A DNA stretch of 64,000 nucleotides from Octopus vulgaris (Eukaryota). This document shows, piece by piece, positions 26,035-39,824 of this stretch (positions within the stretch are counted from its first letter, which is position 1; each line of letters opens with the position of its first letter). The stretch is from positions 82,398,001 through 82,462,000 of the forward strand of contig OX597824.1 in assembly GCA_951406725.2 (NCBI GenBank), read 5' to 3'. A model generated the notes under the pieces. It saw nothing but the letters and a program-made list of their open reading frames with translations, did no database searches and was not told the DNA's origin. The position numbers were made by a program, and so were the translations under genes.

Positions 26035-26411
26035 TTTTATTCTTTTAATTGTTTCAGTCATTTGACTGCGACCATGCTGGAGCACTGCCTTTAGTCGAGC
26101 AAATCGTAAGCCTAGTACTTATTCTATCGATCACTTTCTGCCGAACCGCTAAGTTATGGGGATGTAAACATACCAACTCCGGTTGTCATGCGATGCTGTG
26201 AGGACAAACACAGACACACAAACATATACACGTACATACAAAAATGTATATGTATATATGACGGGCTTCTTTCAGTTTCCGTCTACCAAATCCACTCACA
26301 AGGCTTTGGTCGGCCTGAGGATATAGTAGAAGGCACTTGCCCAAGATGCCACACAGTTGGACTGAACCCTTGGTAAGCAAGCTACTTACCACACAGCCAC
26401 TCCTGCGCCTA
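26035..26411 (-). mobile_element. SINE family B
   Basis: Family B sequence. Confidence 0.85.
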
Positions 26412-26414
26412 TAT

Positions 26415-26519
<105 letters not shown>

Positions 26520-27128
26520 ATATATGTTTATTTAGATTTTACCAGTGTAAGCAATTCTTTGAGAACAATATTATTTAGATTACACTGATACAAAAGGGAC
26601 GTAACTAAACGTGCATCAACATTGCAAATTGTAAGCTATCTTGAAAATGTCCTTCGATCGTGTGATGGCATTTATATTTAAGTAACAGAGTTTACCTTCA
26701 TGGACTAATCTCTTGTTTGGTTCATAGTGGACTCAATCGGATGCTTTTTATAGCTCTTAGTAAAATGGCTAAAGTAATAGTAGAGCAACGCGAAATTTAT
26801 AAGGACCAGCATATTGTGGCATAATAAAATATTTGATAGTTCTTTTTTATCTTTCTGAAGAAATCGCCTCTACTGAACAATATGATTGATTTTACTTGAT
26901 TAAATAATTAAACTGAAAATCATAGAATATCTATCAGAAACCTGACATTTTCATTTATTCATGAAACGTAACCAAAGGTCCCACGAAGAAAGTGTCACGC
27001 TAATCACTATCTAACGAATGGCTTGAAGTTTTTGAATGCTTTATATTTTCAGTGCGTGCAACACGAGATCATTTCTGAATGCTTAAGGAGAGGTATATTC
27101 AAAGACAGAATTTCTGAAGAGTACAAGA

Positions 27129-27160
<32 letters not shown>

Positions 27161-27162
<2 letters not shown>

Positions 27163-28500
27163 AAAGAAAAACAGGACGCAAAGGATTTTGCGGTACATAT
27201 GATTTGGGCTTTATTGAACAACTTATATCAATGCATAATTGATATAATAGGTAGATCAAAAGCCTTCTTCAGCCGCGTACAATTACCACACCAAAGACAT
27301 GTATCACATAATAACAGGTTTGAGAAAAAGTTTGAGAAAAAACCGAGTTTCATTGGGAAAGTAAATCCTCATAAGCGTACATGGTATTGCGAGACTCCGA
27401 AACAAATCGTCCATACCGTTTTTTCACTCAATAAAGAATGAATACTGGGTAGATTACTTCATATAAGGGAAGGAATTGGATGTTGAGAGAAAGAGGAAAG
27501 GAATATATATAACCATTCTGTTGTGGAGCATCACTGTGCTTAGCTTTATCAGATAAGATGTACGAAATATGTAAGCATATATATTTTTAACTAGGTTATC
27601 TAAATTAATTCTAGGATTGAAGGAAAATCTATTATTGCATTTTGGTAATTCTGGATTTCTTGGAAGATTAGAGTGGTGCTTTGTAAAATTGTAACAACAT
27701 TACAATTTACTAACAAAAATTTTAATCCAATCGTTAAATTTTGATTAGACCTTCTTTAAGATTTGTGAAAATATTTGTAGAATACGTTTGAGGGATTTGT
27801 TTTATTTTTCGTGCTTAAGCATTCTGTGTATTAAGTAACCATTATCTCTGTAGAGGTCATTGTGAATGTTAGTAAATTTGGTGCATACAATATTTAAGGT
27901 ATATAAACCTAGAAAATAACCAACCTCTACAGAATCTTTCGTACCCCTACTATGATTGCAATAAACATAAGAAATTTTGCTTTTGTTTTTAAACCTTAGG
28001 TTATTTTCATAATAAAGAAGAGATTTTCTAGGATATATAGTCTTAATTTCTGAAGTTTTATTGGCAAAATCTTTTAAACGAAATTGAAGGCATCATTTGA
28101 AAGAGATTTAGGGTGCGAATGATAAACAACTCCTACATCAAACAGGATAAAACAACTTTTTTTTCCGTTTGAGAAAGAAAGTAAAAATTAAAAAATACAG
28201 AATTGGTATTTTTCCAAAGGAGAAAATGTAAAGCTAGCCAAATTTTGGATACTATCTTATCTAATGTCGATATCCATTTTATTTGGATAGTTGAGTCTTG
28301 GTAAGATGCTATTCGCGAATTTATACTTGTGATCTTTAAAAGTAAAGTAAGGGTTTTGTAATGTCAGAGACTTTACCGTATACTATATGTTTAAGTAGTT
28401 AATGATCTTTATTTTGCTCCTGTGTTTATATACCATACGGATGAAAACGTGTTTTTATTTTTATAACTATTGGTTACGGAATTGAATAAAAAAATTATGC
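27161..28500 (-). mobile_element. Penelope-like element remnant: decayed RT plus 3' pseudo-LTR with a hammerhead
   Basis: - strand reads PYFTFKDHK..PRLNYP, FILFDV..VYHS, DSVEVGYFLGLY and LYRDNG (PLE motifs LKDHK/RLINP, FDI..FYPS, DGAE..LVGL, LYRDDG). Flanked by (TA)n on both sides. Confidence 0.8.
27190..27276 (-). ncRNA. degenerate type I hammerhead with long stem II
   Basis: GCGG CTGAAGA AGGCTTT..TTATATCAAT/ATTGATATAA..AAAGCC CAAAT CATAT GTA CCGC; GAAA is mutated to CAAA. Confidence 0.55.
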
Positions 28501-28504
28501 ATAC

Positions 28505-28605
<101 letters not shown>

Positions 28606-28937
28606 CAAGTATGTCTCTGAAATGTTTGTTTTCTCTGTATCCATAGAAATGTTTACGCGTATGTGTGTGAGAGCGAGAGACAGACAGACAGACAGAGACA
28701 GACAGAGACAGAGATTGAAAATGAGAAAGAAAAAATGAGGTCCCGCCTTGTCTCGGTCTACATGTACTGAATATTACAATATTCGTTTTTTGTTTTTCTC
28801 TCAATGTGGGTCTGCTGGTCTTATATTTCATGTGTGCAGATGCGCATTTGTATATGTTAGTGCACGTATGTTTGTGCTAGTGTATATGTGCACAGTTACA
28901 TATATGTGTTTGTGTGTTTGTGCATGTGTGTGCGCGT

Positions 28938-28990
<53 letters not shown>

Positions 28991-29125
28991 TATAACCATT
29001 GAATTATGTATATGCGTGTGTCGTGTCTTTCTGTATGCATGATTACGTGTGTGAGTGCTTATAGATATTGAAGTGCGTGTGCATCCGTGCCTTTGTCCAT
29101 GTGTGTGTATGTGTCAGCTCCTTTC

Positions 29126-29161
<36 letters not shown>

Positions 29162-29559
29162 CGTACGTGGGTTCCGATGCTAATGTGTGTGTGTGTGTTT
29201 GCATTATTTGTATTGTTTTTATGCCGACACAATGCATCAGTATTTTCATCGTATTTCACAACGTGCGTGTATATGTGTGTGTGTGCATGCAAGACGTGTA
29301 TGCACGTTCGAGCATGCGTATATGCGTGCATGCATGCATGCATGCGCGTGTATGTGTGCGTGTATGTGTATGTGTATGTGTATGTGTTTTTTCTTTGTTT
29401 GTTCTATGTCTCGGTGTTCGAAGCCAGAGCTCCACAGGGTATAGGTAAGCTGTATAACGGCTGTGCAATGATCGGCTATTGAAGGTTATGACGAAGAAGC
29501 CAACCAATAAGAATATCGAAGTAAGTCTGTCTTTAAGTGTGACTGTACTCAAATCTCTT

Positions 29560-30562
29560 AGTTTGTCTCCCTCTTTCTCTCACCTTCCTTCGGTATGAGT
29601 GCACTCAGCTTCCTACCTCTTACCCACCTCTTTATCTCTTCCCTCCGTTCCTCTCCTCTCCTTTCCTTTCCGTCTCTCTCTCTCTCTTTCTCTCTTTTTC
29701 TCTCTTCACTTTCTCCCTGTCCTTCTCTCCCTTCCTCTACTTTCGGTCTGGTCTCTCCACCTTACTGTCACCTTTCTCTTCTTCTCCCTCTTCTCTTCTC
29801 TTGTCTCCACTTGTCCCTCGCTCTCCTTTTCCTTTTCCTTCTTACTTTTTCTCAGCGTGTTTAAGTATGGCTGCACTGAGGTCTCTCTCCTTCTCTCTCT
29901 CGCTCTCGCTCTCTCTCTCTTTCTCTCGCTCCTTCTCTCGCTCCCTCTCTCTTCCTTTCTTCTCTCACAGCTTTTTTCTTCCTCTCTTTCATTCTTTCCA
30001 ACTTTGTCTATTGTCTTAGTCTGTCTCACCGTCTCTCCTTCTCCCCCTCTTTTTCTCTCACTTCCTCTCATTCTCTCTCATTCTCTCACCCTCTCTCTCT
30101 CTCTCTCTCTCACTCATTCTCTCCAACTCTGTCTGTCTGCCTCACCCTCTCTCTTTCTCTGAGCTTTCCTAAGTATTATTACACTTATTTCTCTCCACCC
30201 CTCTGCCTCTCTCTCCACTCTCTCGCTCTCTCTTTTTGCTCCCTCTCTTCCTTTCTCTCCCTATCTCTCCCTCTCACTCATTCTTTCCAACTCTGTTCGT
30301 CTTTCTCTCTCTCTCTCTCTCTCCCTGAACTTTCTTAAGTCTGATTACACTCAGGTTTCTCTCTCTGTCTCTTTCTCTCTCCCTCTCCTTCTTTCCATAC
30401 TTCTTCTCTCTCCCTCTCTCTCTCTCTCTTTCTCTTCATACTTCTCTCTCTCTCTCTCTCTCTCTTTTTCTCCATACTCCTTCTCGCTCTCTCTCTCTCT
30501 CTCTCTCTTTCTCCATACTTCTTCTCGCTCTCTCTCTCTCTCTCTCTCTTTTTCTCCATACT

Positions 30563-30599
<37 letters not shown>

Positions 30600-30608
30600 T
30601 CCCATACT

Positions 30609-30655
<47 letters not shown>

Positions 30656-30675
30656 CATACTTCTTCGCTCTCTTT
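29560..30675. repeat. long (CT)-rich tract with CCATACTTCTT(CT)n units
   Basis: Directly visible. Confidence 0.9.
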
Positions 30676-31317
30676 CACATCTTGACATTCACCTACCTAC
30701 TTGTTGCTAACGACAGTGATAACGTCTTCTTATGTACGTGTGTATGTGTACCTGTGTGTATAAGTGTGTATGCATGCGTGCACGTGTGTGTGCACGTGTG
30801 TATGTGTGTGTGAGCAGGTGTGTGACTGTCTTGCATCCTCTTTCTATGTGCGTATGAGTGTATATGTTGTCTGCGTGTGTGTGTGTGTGTGTATGCGTAA
30901 GTGTATGGGGGTGGTGTGTGTGTCGGGGAGGGGAGTGAGAGATACACTCAAACAGACAGGCAGGCAGGCAGGCAGGCAGACGGAGACAAACAGACAAACA
31001 GACAGACAGACAGGCAGGCAGACTTACAGACAGCAAAAGTTTACAGCAGAGACCGAGACAGGTAGGATGAACAAAAAAAACCCACAGCAACGACAACCAG
31101 CAACGGCAACAACAACAACAACAACAACAATCAGCGATGACATCAACAGCGGCGACGACAGGAATAACAAGAGCAACACACCTTTAATGATAATGGTATA
31201 AAGGTAAGAGCAGTGATAGCATTGTCAGTGTAACATCAACCACAGCCTTAGCAACAACAGCTCTCTACCTGTAGAAATGATATGATGGTAGCGACACAAC
31301 AAATACGATACACGCAA

Positions 31318-31965
31318 ACGATGGAAACATTTACCTGGTCGCGCGATCTGCTAGAAGAAATAGCAGCAAAGTGTTCCGCAAATAATATCATTTCGTCTTA
31401 GCAAAAAAAAAAGGGGGCACGTTGGATAATGCGTAGAATCCTTGTTTCACCTGCACGTAAGAAAAGGATGAGACGCAGATGATGAAAAGACCTACCTGAT
31501 CGCGCGATCTGTTAAGAAAAATAGCAGCAAAGTGTTCCGCAAATAATATCATTTCGTGTTAGCAAAAAAGTGGGGACACGTTGGATAAGGCATAGCATCC
31601 TTGTTTCACCTGCACGTAAGAAAAGGATGAGACGCAGATGATGGAAAGATCTACCTGGTCGCTCGATTTGTTAAGAAAAATAGCAGCAAAGTGTTCCGCA
31701 AATAATATCATTTCGTCTTAGCAAAAAAGGGGGGACACATTGGATAAGGCATAGCATCCTTGTTTCACCTGCACGTAAGAAAAGGATGAGACGGAGATGA
31801 TGGAAAGATCTACCTGGTCGCTCGATTTGTTAAAGAAAAAACAGTAACAAAATGTTCCTGAAATAATACCAAACCCTCTAAGGAAAAAAGGGACACGTTG
31901 GATAATGTATTGAATTCTTCCTTCTCCTGCACATAAGAAAAAGAAGAGGTGCAAATGAAGGAATA
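31318..31965. repeat. tandem array of ~160 bp units (4 copies; continues at 32345-32540)
   Basis: Repeated ACCTGGTCGC..AAATAGCAGCAAAGTG..TTGGATAA..CACCTGCACGTAAGAAAAGG. Confidence 0.85.
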
Positions 31966-32345
31966 TAGACGCAGGAGTGACTGTGTGGTAAGTAGCTTGC
32001 TTACCAACCACATGGTTCCGGGTTCAGTCCCACTACATGGCACCTTGGGCAAATGTCTTCTACTATAGCCTCGGGCCGAACAGAGCCTTGTGAGTGGATC
32101 TGTTAGACGGAAACTGAAAGAAGCCCGTCGTGTGTGTGTGTGTATATATGTATATATATGTGTGTGTGTGTTTGTGTGTCCGTGTTTGTCACCCCAATAT
32201 CGCTTGAAACCGATGCTGGTGTGCTTACGTCCCCGTTACCTAGCGGTTCGGCAAAAGAGACCGATAGAATAAGTACTAGGGTTACAAAGAATAAGTCCTG
32301 GGGTCGATTTGCTAGACTAAAGGTGAAACAAGTAAAGAGAGAGAG
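31966..32345 (+). mobile_element. SINE family B, tail partly deleted
   Basis: Family B sequence inserted in the tandem array. Confidence 0.85.
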
Positions 32346-32647
32346 AAAGATTTATCTGGTCGCTGAATCAGTCAAAAACATAGGGAGTAAAATGTTCCTT
32401 AAGTTATACCCTATCGTTTTAGGAAAAGGGGACATATTGGATAATGTGTAGAATCCTCGATTTCCCTGCACTTAGAAAAATGACGAGATGGAATGCGTTC
32501 AATTATTGATCCCTTCGATTAGGCCCACCTCGGGGCTAAACAACAATACCAGAGTATAAATTACAACCGCAAGAATCATAGCAACAGATCATAGCAACGA
32601 CGATGACAACAAACAACTCATATTAGAGAAACGTATAAAAAATAGAT

Positions 32648-32680
<33 letters not shown>

Positions 32681-32731
32681 TACTACTACTACTTCTACTA
32701 CTACTACTACTACTAATACTACTACTACTAG

Positions 32732-32791
<60 letters not shown>

Positions 32792-33408
32792 GGAGCCACT
32801 AGGTTGTCGGTCTATATCCTAGAAATAGTGCCAAATCTCCCTCTATTTATGCCCTACGGTCTTGGTGAAAAAGGTGGCGTTGAATAATGTAAAGGATGCT
32901 GGGTTCCTTACATAGAGGAAGAAGATGAGGTGGTCATGGCAGGAAATACCTTTGATTATGGGTCTGTCTCTTCGATCAGACCTGACTCGGGGTTAAGCAA
33001 GTATATCTATATTAACACTAACAACAGTAACAGCAACAACAACAAGAGTGGAGAAGGGTAAAAAGAGAAATGTTGAATTAATATTTACTGTCGTCATGAC
33101 AACGACAATTTTAGAGCCACTATGCTATCACTCGATATGCTAGAAATAGCAGCTAAAGTCTCCACTAACCACACAACATACAAATCTCCAAAACCAAAGA
33201 AAAAAGATGGACGGGCGCAGTTTTGGATTCACTGCCTAAAAATATGTGATCGGAGGAGATGGTCATGGCTGAGATGTCTTTGATCAAAAGTTTGCTAAAT
33301 CAGGGGTCAGAAGAGTTTAAATAACAGCAACAACCGTAATAAGTAGAAATGAAACAAAATAAAAACAATTGCTACATGTAGTAGTTGTGGTAGTGGTGGT
33401 GATCATTT

Positions 33409-33465
<57 letters not shown>

Positions 33466-33908
33466 AAAGATGTTTATGGTGATAGTGAGAACAACTGACG
33501 TAGGAGGGTCGTATTAACTCTAGGCTAGTATTTTATTGTCACTTAAATCGGGAACGGAAACAGGGCAGGGTCAGGGTAATCGATTACATTGATCCCCTGC
33601 ACATAATTAGTATTTTATTTTATCGATTATGGAAGAATGGAAGACAAAGTTAACCGCGGTGAGATTTGAACTCGGAATCTAAAGTGTCGGAAGATATACG
33701 GTTACGTAATTCATCCGACACTGTAACACAGTGTCTCGCCTTCCCTTTTCGTAAATACCCCTACAAAATACTTGGTTGCTTACAACCTGCACCCCATCAA
33801 ATTGCACCCGTTTGTAATTAAGGTAGTTTTCGTAATTAAACTCAAAATGAATATAAACGAATTTGTTTTTTTACTCCTGAAAAGAGAAAAAGCAGAATGA
33901 TGGATTTA

Positions 33909-34232
33909 CACTGCTTCTCAACCGAGGTCCATATAAGATTTTAGGGGCTCCACGCTAGCAAAATACTAACTTGGAGACTGGTAGTAATATATTAAGTGTC
34001 CATGAAAAAGCTTTGCTTTAGATGAATTTATTGAAAGAAACAGCTAGGTTTCTTTATCTAATGTTTTACATAAGTCAGCTACACAAATGAATGTGTGAAA
34101 AGCAAAAATACGAATTTTGAAAGCATTATCATTAAAACAAGTTTTTAAACAGCGAATGACTATGGGGTCCATTAAAATGAAGTACTAATCAAAGGAGGTC
34201 CATAGTTTTTTTTAAATGGTTCAGAGGCCCTG
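33909..34232. mobile_element. hAT-type MITE remnant
   Basis: Starts CACTGCTTCTCAACC; related to the 39330-39573 element. Confidence 0.45.
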
Positions 34233-34349
34233 AATTAGCAGAATCGTTAGAATGTCGAAGTTCTTTGTAGTATTTGCTCCGTTTCTTAAAGAAACGGTTC
34301 CATAATTTTCAACAATACTTTTCATGTGTCCGAACTCGATATTGTTACC

Positions 34350-34578
34350 TATTTCTTTATTACCCACAAGGGGCTAAACATAGAGGGGACAAACAAGGAC
34401 AGACATAGGTATTAAGTCGATTACATCGACCCCAGTGCGTAACTGGTACTTAATTTATCGACCCCGAAAGGATGAAAAGCAAAGTCGACCTCGGCGGAAT
34501 TTGAACTCACAACGTAACGCAGACGAAATACCGCTAAGCATTTCGCCCGGCGTGCTAACGTTTCTGCCAGCTCGCCAG
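34350..34578 (-). mobile_element. SINE family D
   Basis: 15-bp TSD CTCGATATTGTTACC (34335-34349 / 34579-34593); fixes the 3' end as AAAGAAATA. Confidence 0.9.
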
Positions 34579-34599
34579 CTCGATATTGTTACCGCTTAT

Positions 34600-35070
34600 G
34601 TGTACTTGTGGTGGCATTCACTCGCGGTGAGTTGAGCCGGCTCCGACCAAGTTCACCATATCCTTCAAAAATGCTGACCACATCCATCAGTCGGCTCTAA
34701 CCTTCTAGCATGCACAGTAATGCTTCTGTCAGCAGCTTCAAAGTCCAGCTGGCAAATTTGACAAATGCTCCACTGGGAGAGCAAGCATGTTGGATAGCGT
34801 GGACGCGGTAGCCGTAGTTGCCATTCACTGTTGAGCTGTAGCGTTCGTATTCAGAATTTCCAGGGGGAATTCAATTTCACATGTGGTCCCCCAGTCACAT
34901 GCATACACATGTTGGAATAGTGTGATCCGTAGCAGTTCCTCTTACCGTCGATAACCGACAGTCGCAGAGGATTCGCTGACCAATTCCCCACTGATTATCT
35001 GAGCGGACGTAGCCTGGGTTTGAAGCGAGTGGTACACATGCTAGGAGCCTAACATGATGGGACCCTTTTC
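34600..35070 (-). mobile_element. RTE-like LINE 3' fragment, decayed
   Basis: - strand fragments VGYR, QLRL and WSAFLKDMV..AGSTHRE*, then GAATGCCACCACAAGTAC. Confidence 0.45.
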
Positions 35071-35268
35071 TGTAGCTGTACTAAATTTGGTTTTATGCCT
35101 ATTTCCTATATCTATCAGGTCAAATCTGTAAAAATCGTTCTTAATTCCTTCAATAACTAAAAGAATACATTTTACTCGCACTCTCCATGTTTACCCGCAT
35201 ATTATTATTATTATTCAATCAGCAAACATTTAACCAATTAATGATCAATTGCTTGATCAATACAACCA

Positions 35269-35434
35269 AGGCGCAGGAGTGGCTGTGTGGTAGGTAGCTT
35301 GCTAACCAACCACATGGTTGCGGGTTCAGTCCCACTGCGTGGCATCTTGGGCAAGTGTCCTCTGCTATAGCCCCGGGCCGACCAATGCCTTGTGAGTGGA
35401 TTTGGTAGACGGAAACTGAAAGAAGCCTGTCGTA

Positions 35435-35479
<45 letters not shown>

Positions 35480-35700
35480 GTGTTTGTTTGTGTGTCTGTG
35501 TTTGTCCCCCCCCCCCAACATCGCTTGACAACCGATGCTGGTGTGTTTACTTAGCGGTTCGGCAAAAGAGACCGATAGAATATGTACTGGGCTTACAAAA
35601 AGAATAAGTCCCGGGGTCGAGTTGCTCGATTAAAGGCGGTGCTCCAGCATGGCCGCAGTCAAATGACTGAAACAAGTAAAAGAGTAAAAGAGTAAAGAGT
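35269..35700 (+). mobile_element. SINE family B
   Basis: Full copy. Confidence 0.9.
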
Positions 35701-35814
35701 AATCAGCTACATTGCTATTAATGTGAATAAAAAAGGAATAATTATGATTGGACACATTTTTTTATTGCTACGATCAAAATGAGAGCAATTAAAACAGCAT
35801 ACGTTATTTATTGA

Positions 35815-36370
35815 TACTCGATTGCCCGGAAAGTCCGTTCCGATTTTTAAAGGAAAGAAAAAAGGTCAATAAATACTTGCCATTACATTTTTAATCAACC
35901 AAACATGAACCATTTTCTTGCACAATGCGTCTCCAACTTTCCTTTAACTTGAAAATACCCTCTTCCCATAACTGAGGTGGTTTCATGGCAAAGGTATATT
36001 TTTACGTCCTCCAAGGAATTGAAATTTTTACCATTAAGACTATTCTGCAGAGACTTGAATAAGTGGGAATCCGAAGGAGCAATATCTGGTGAATATGGAG
36101 GGTGGGGTAACACATCCCAGCCGAGCTGCAGCAATTTTTGTCTGGTCTCCAAAGTATCAGGTGCTGAAAATGAACTTTCATATCTTCCATTTTAAAGGGT
36201 TACACAACACAGGTTATAGGAACATAAACCTTCTTCCACGAAAAGATAGCTTAAACTGTGCTTTAAATGGAGGTGTAGTCAAATCCTATTTTCTGGACTC
36301 AACTATGTGCTAAAATAAGTCGAAAGGTAAGCTACGATAAATCGGCACGAACTTTCCGGACAACCCAATA
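35815..36370 (-). mobile_element. internally deleted mariner transposon
   Basis: TIRs TACTCGATTGCCCGGAAAGTCCGTTCCGATTT / AAATCGGCACGAACTTTCCGGACAACCCAATA with TA ends; ORF 35895-36152 contains LGWDVLPHPPYSPDIAPSD. Confidence 0.9.
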
Positions 36371-36374
36371 AATT

Positions 36375-39300
36375 TCTATGATTGATGACCAGCAGCAAGT
36401 TTTAAAATATTTCTTGGTTCCAAGTTTGATAAAAGAAATCGTAAATCCTTACCAATCACTGCTTCCAATCGGTTTTTAGTTTTGGCTAAAGTTTATTTTA
36501 CTGCACTAAAACCATTTTCGATAATATAGAATATTTCAGTCTACATTTCAACTACGTTTCACACAAGCTTTGATTTTCAAAAATCTTTTTTGCCTCTTCA
36601 TCATTTTGTAAGTCTACGATGTGCTAATGCTTTTTTTTTTTTTTTTTGCTCTATTTTGCACGAGAAATAGGTTTCGTTGTTTCTTATCCAGTCAAAAATT
36701 CTCAGCTTAATCAACTCGTTAAATCTTGCCTCAAAATGTTCCTTCAGTTGTTGCAAATATGCATAGTAGGTCCTCAGATCTACTAATAATACAGCAAGTT
36801 TTTTTTATCCATTGAAACTACAGATATCTCTTCGGCCAATGTTTCGTTCGACAATTCAATCTCAATAATACTGAAATTCTAGGAATGTTTGTGTGTAATC
36901 GAAATATCACAGAAATAGTTTATTTTATCTTAATATTTTTTTTTTGCGCATTTATTTTCATACTTATCTTCGGCAGTGCAGTACACATTTTGTTGATAGT
37001 TGGACCTCTATTTATTAATGGAAATGATTAAACACAATTTTTGTTTATTTCTTGACGAAAAATACATGGCGTCCGTAACGTCAACACACATACACACATA
37101 CAGAATACACACACATATAATGAATTTCATGGCGTGTCAATCAACACAAACACACGTTCACTATCTGTGACATATACACAAACATAGTCTTCACGCTGTC
37201 TAAGAAAAAATGCAAGTTTTTGTCGTACACAATACTTTAATCCTTTAGAAATATTTAAACTGAATGTGATTTCAAAAATGTAAGTTGTTTGTACAATAAG
37301 TATTTATATTTTAACTTTCATTAAATAGACAATATTTTAATGTTTTTTTCCCTTAGTTTCAAGTGAATGGCAATCTTTCGCTTTTCATCTGGAGTTCGTT
37401 CATTTCCGTAAATTTTTATTTTTATTTACTTTTGTATTAAAGTGAAAGAGGAGTGAAATATGTATGTACGTAAAAATGAAATGGACGTGTGTGTGTGAAA
37501 GAGTAAGAGAGAGAGAGAGAGAGAAAGAAAGAGAGAAAGAGAAAGAGAGAGAGGAAGAGAGAGAGAAAGAGAGATAGCGGGAAAGAGAGAGAGAGAGAGA
37601 GTGAGTGAAGGAGTGTGTTGTCATGTATACGTACATACAACAATACATATGCGTATATCTTTTTTGTATGTATGTGTGCACGTGTTTGTGTGTGAGAGAG
37701 AGAAAGAATGTGTCTGTGAGTGGGTGAACCTGTGTGTTCTCATGTATGTTTAAGTGGCTCTCTCTCTCTCTATTTCTCTCTCTCACACACACGCCCATTT
37801 CATATATACGTTCATACATTTTTCACTTTCTCCTCTCTTTCACTCTAAAACAAAAGTAAATAAATAAATTTTTCTACGGAAATTAACGAATAAAACCAGC
37901 TGAACCGGATGACAGTACTGAAAGTCAAAGCGAAAGATCGCCCCAAGGGAATACCATTACAAACATTTTTCTCGAATGCATTCAACGTATTTCAGCTCCG
38001 AAGATTTGGCTGCTATTTCTAGCACGCCCTGCTACCAAGTAACAGCTATTTGCGATAAAGGACTCGAAATACCTGTTATGTGGTAGCAGGGCGTACAAGA
38101 AACCGCAGCCAAATCTTTACTTTTCTGGGGAATAGAGCCGTTTATGCGTGATTTCGATGTTACATTCGTTGAAAGCATGCGAAATAACCTGGAAAAGAAA
38201 AAAAAAAGCTACGAAACAAAACTCCGTTGCTGGGAAAATCAGACTTTCCAGGTGAACCAACGGGTCACGGGTAGCTTAAAATCTTTGCGCGTATTACATT
38301 AAAATAGTTTCTTTGCATTTCTAAATTCAGGCCGTTCAATTCTCCATAGTTATCAGCTATGTAAGCTTTATTTCTATACTCTTTACTCTCTTTTACTCTT
38401 TTACTTGTTTCAGTCATTTGACTGCGGCCATGCTGGAGCACCGCCTTTAGTCGAGCAAATCGACCCCGGGACTTATTCTTTTGTAAGCCCAGTACTTATT
38501 CTATTGGTCTCTTTTGCCGAACCGCTAAGTGACGGGGACGTAAACACACCAGCATCGGTTGTCAAGCAATGCTAGGGGGACAAACACAGACACACAAACA
38601 TATACACCCACACTTATATATATATATACATATATACGACAGGCTTCATTCAGTTTCCGTCTACCAAATCCACTCACAAGGCATTGGTCGGCCCGGGGCT
38701 ATAGCAGAAGACACTTGCCCAAGATGGCACGCAGTGGGACTGAATCCGGAGCCATGTGGTTGGTCAGCAAGCTACTTACCACACAGCCACCATATATACG
38801 ACAGGCTTCTTTCAGTTTCCGTCTACCAAATCCACTCACAAGGCATTGGTCGGCCCGGGGCTATAGCAGAAGACACTTGCCCAAGATGCCTCACAGTGGG
38901 ACTGAACCCGGAACCATGTGGTTGGTTAGCAAGTTACTTACCACACAGCCACTCCTGCGCCTATAAAGATAATGTTTCATTTTTAATTGGTCATCAAGAC
39001 TTATAAATGAAATTTCAACAATAACGTTGCATAGCAGGAAGAGACATTTCAAACAGAATCTTTTGGGCAACCATCGAACTTCAACGAAGAGAAGTAATGT
39101 TTCAAAATGTCCGTTATTCGTTTCACGTAACTGATTGAACAAGCTAATGTACAAGGCCCAAGCTTTAATCAGTGCTAACAGTAATTATCATTAAGGCCAG
39201 GCTTGAAGACAGCTTCTCATTAAGCTTTTTAACAGCAAGGTGTTGATTAGTTGCACTGTGAATCGCGAACAGAAACAGCATCTTTTTTCATCTGTAACAC
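36375..39300 (-). pseudogene. fragmented hAT (Buster/Charlie-like) transposase, interrupted by later insertions
   Basis: LLLFVEVRWL at ~39080, YLQQLKEHFEARF at ~36750, and DLRFLLSNLEP..AGHQS* dimerisation-type C-terminus at ~36400. Confidence 0.65.
38378..38962 (-). mobile_element. SINE family B with tandem duplication of the head region
   Basis: 38630-38790 is repeated at 38792-38950. Confidence 0.9.
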
Positions 39301-39329
39301 TAGATCAACTTGGCCACTTTCAACAGATC

Positions 39330-39573
39330 AGAGGTTCTCAATCAATTTTGCCTATGAACCCATTTGATTCTTTTTTTAAATGAATGGACCCCTCATAACC
39401 ATTTGATAAAAAATCACGTATTTTTATAATCAATCACTATTAAAAATTGCATTTAAAAAATGTTAGTCTTTTGTGCCTCGTAGAAATATAACCAATTTAT
39501 TGCACATATATTTTAACTACGAAATCTTATATGGACCCCCAAGGGCCATAGGAACCCCCGTTGAGAACCACTG
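39330..39573. mobile_element. hAT MITE
   Basis: TIRs CAGAGGTTCTCAA / TTGAGAACCACTG. Confidence 0.65.
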
Positions 39574-39824
39574 CTATTGATGGTACACCATCAGTCGTAT
39601 ACAACACTATAATGATGATGAGAATATTTCCATTTTTAAGTAGCTTTTGAAGAGTTTGTTTTCGTTTGTATCAATTTTCTCATACAAGTCATCAATAAAG
39701 CTCTTTGCTTCAAGCAGTATACTAAATCCATTCCCTCTTTCATTTTTGCTCTCTTTTACTTGTTTCAGTCATTTGACTGCGGCCATGCTGGAGTACCGCC
39801 TTTAGTCGAGCAAATTGATCCCAG

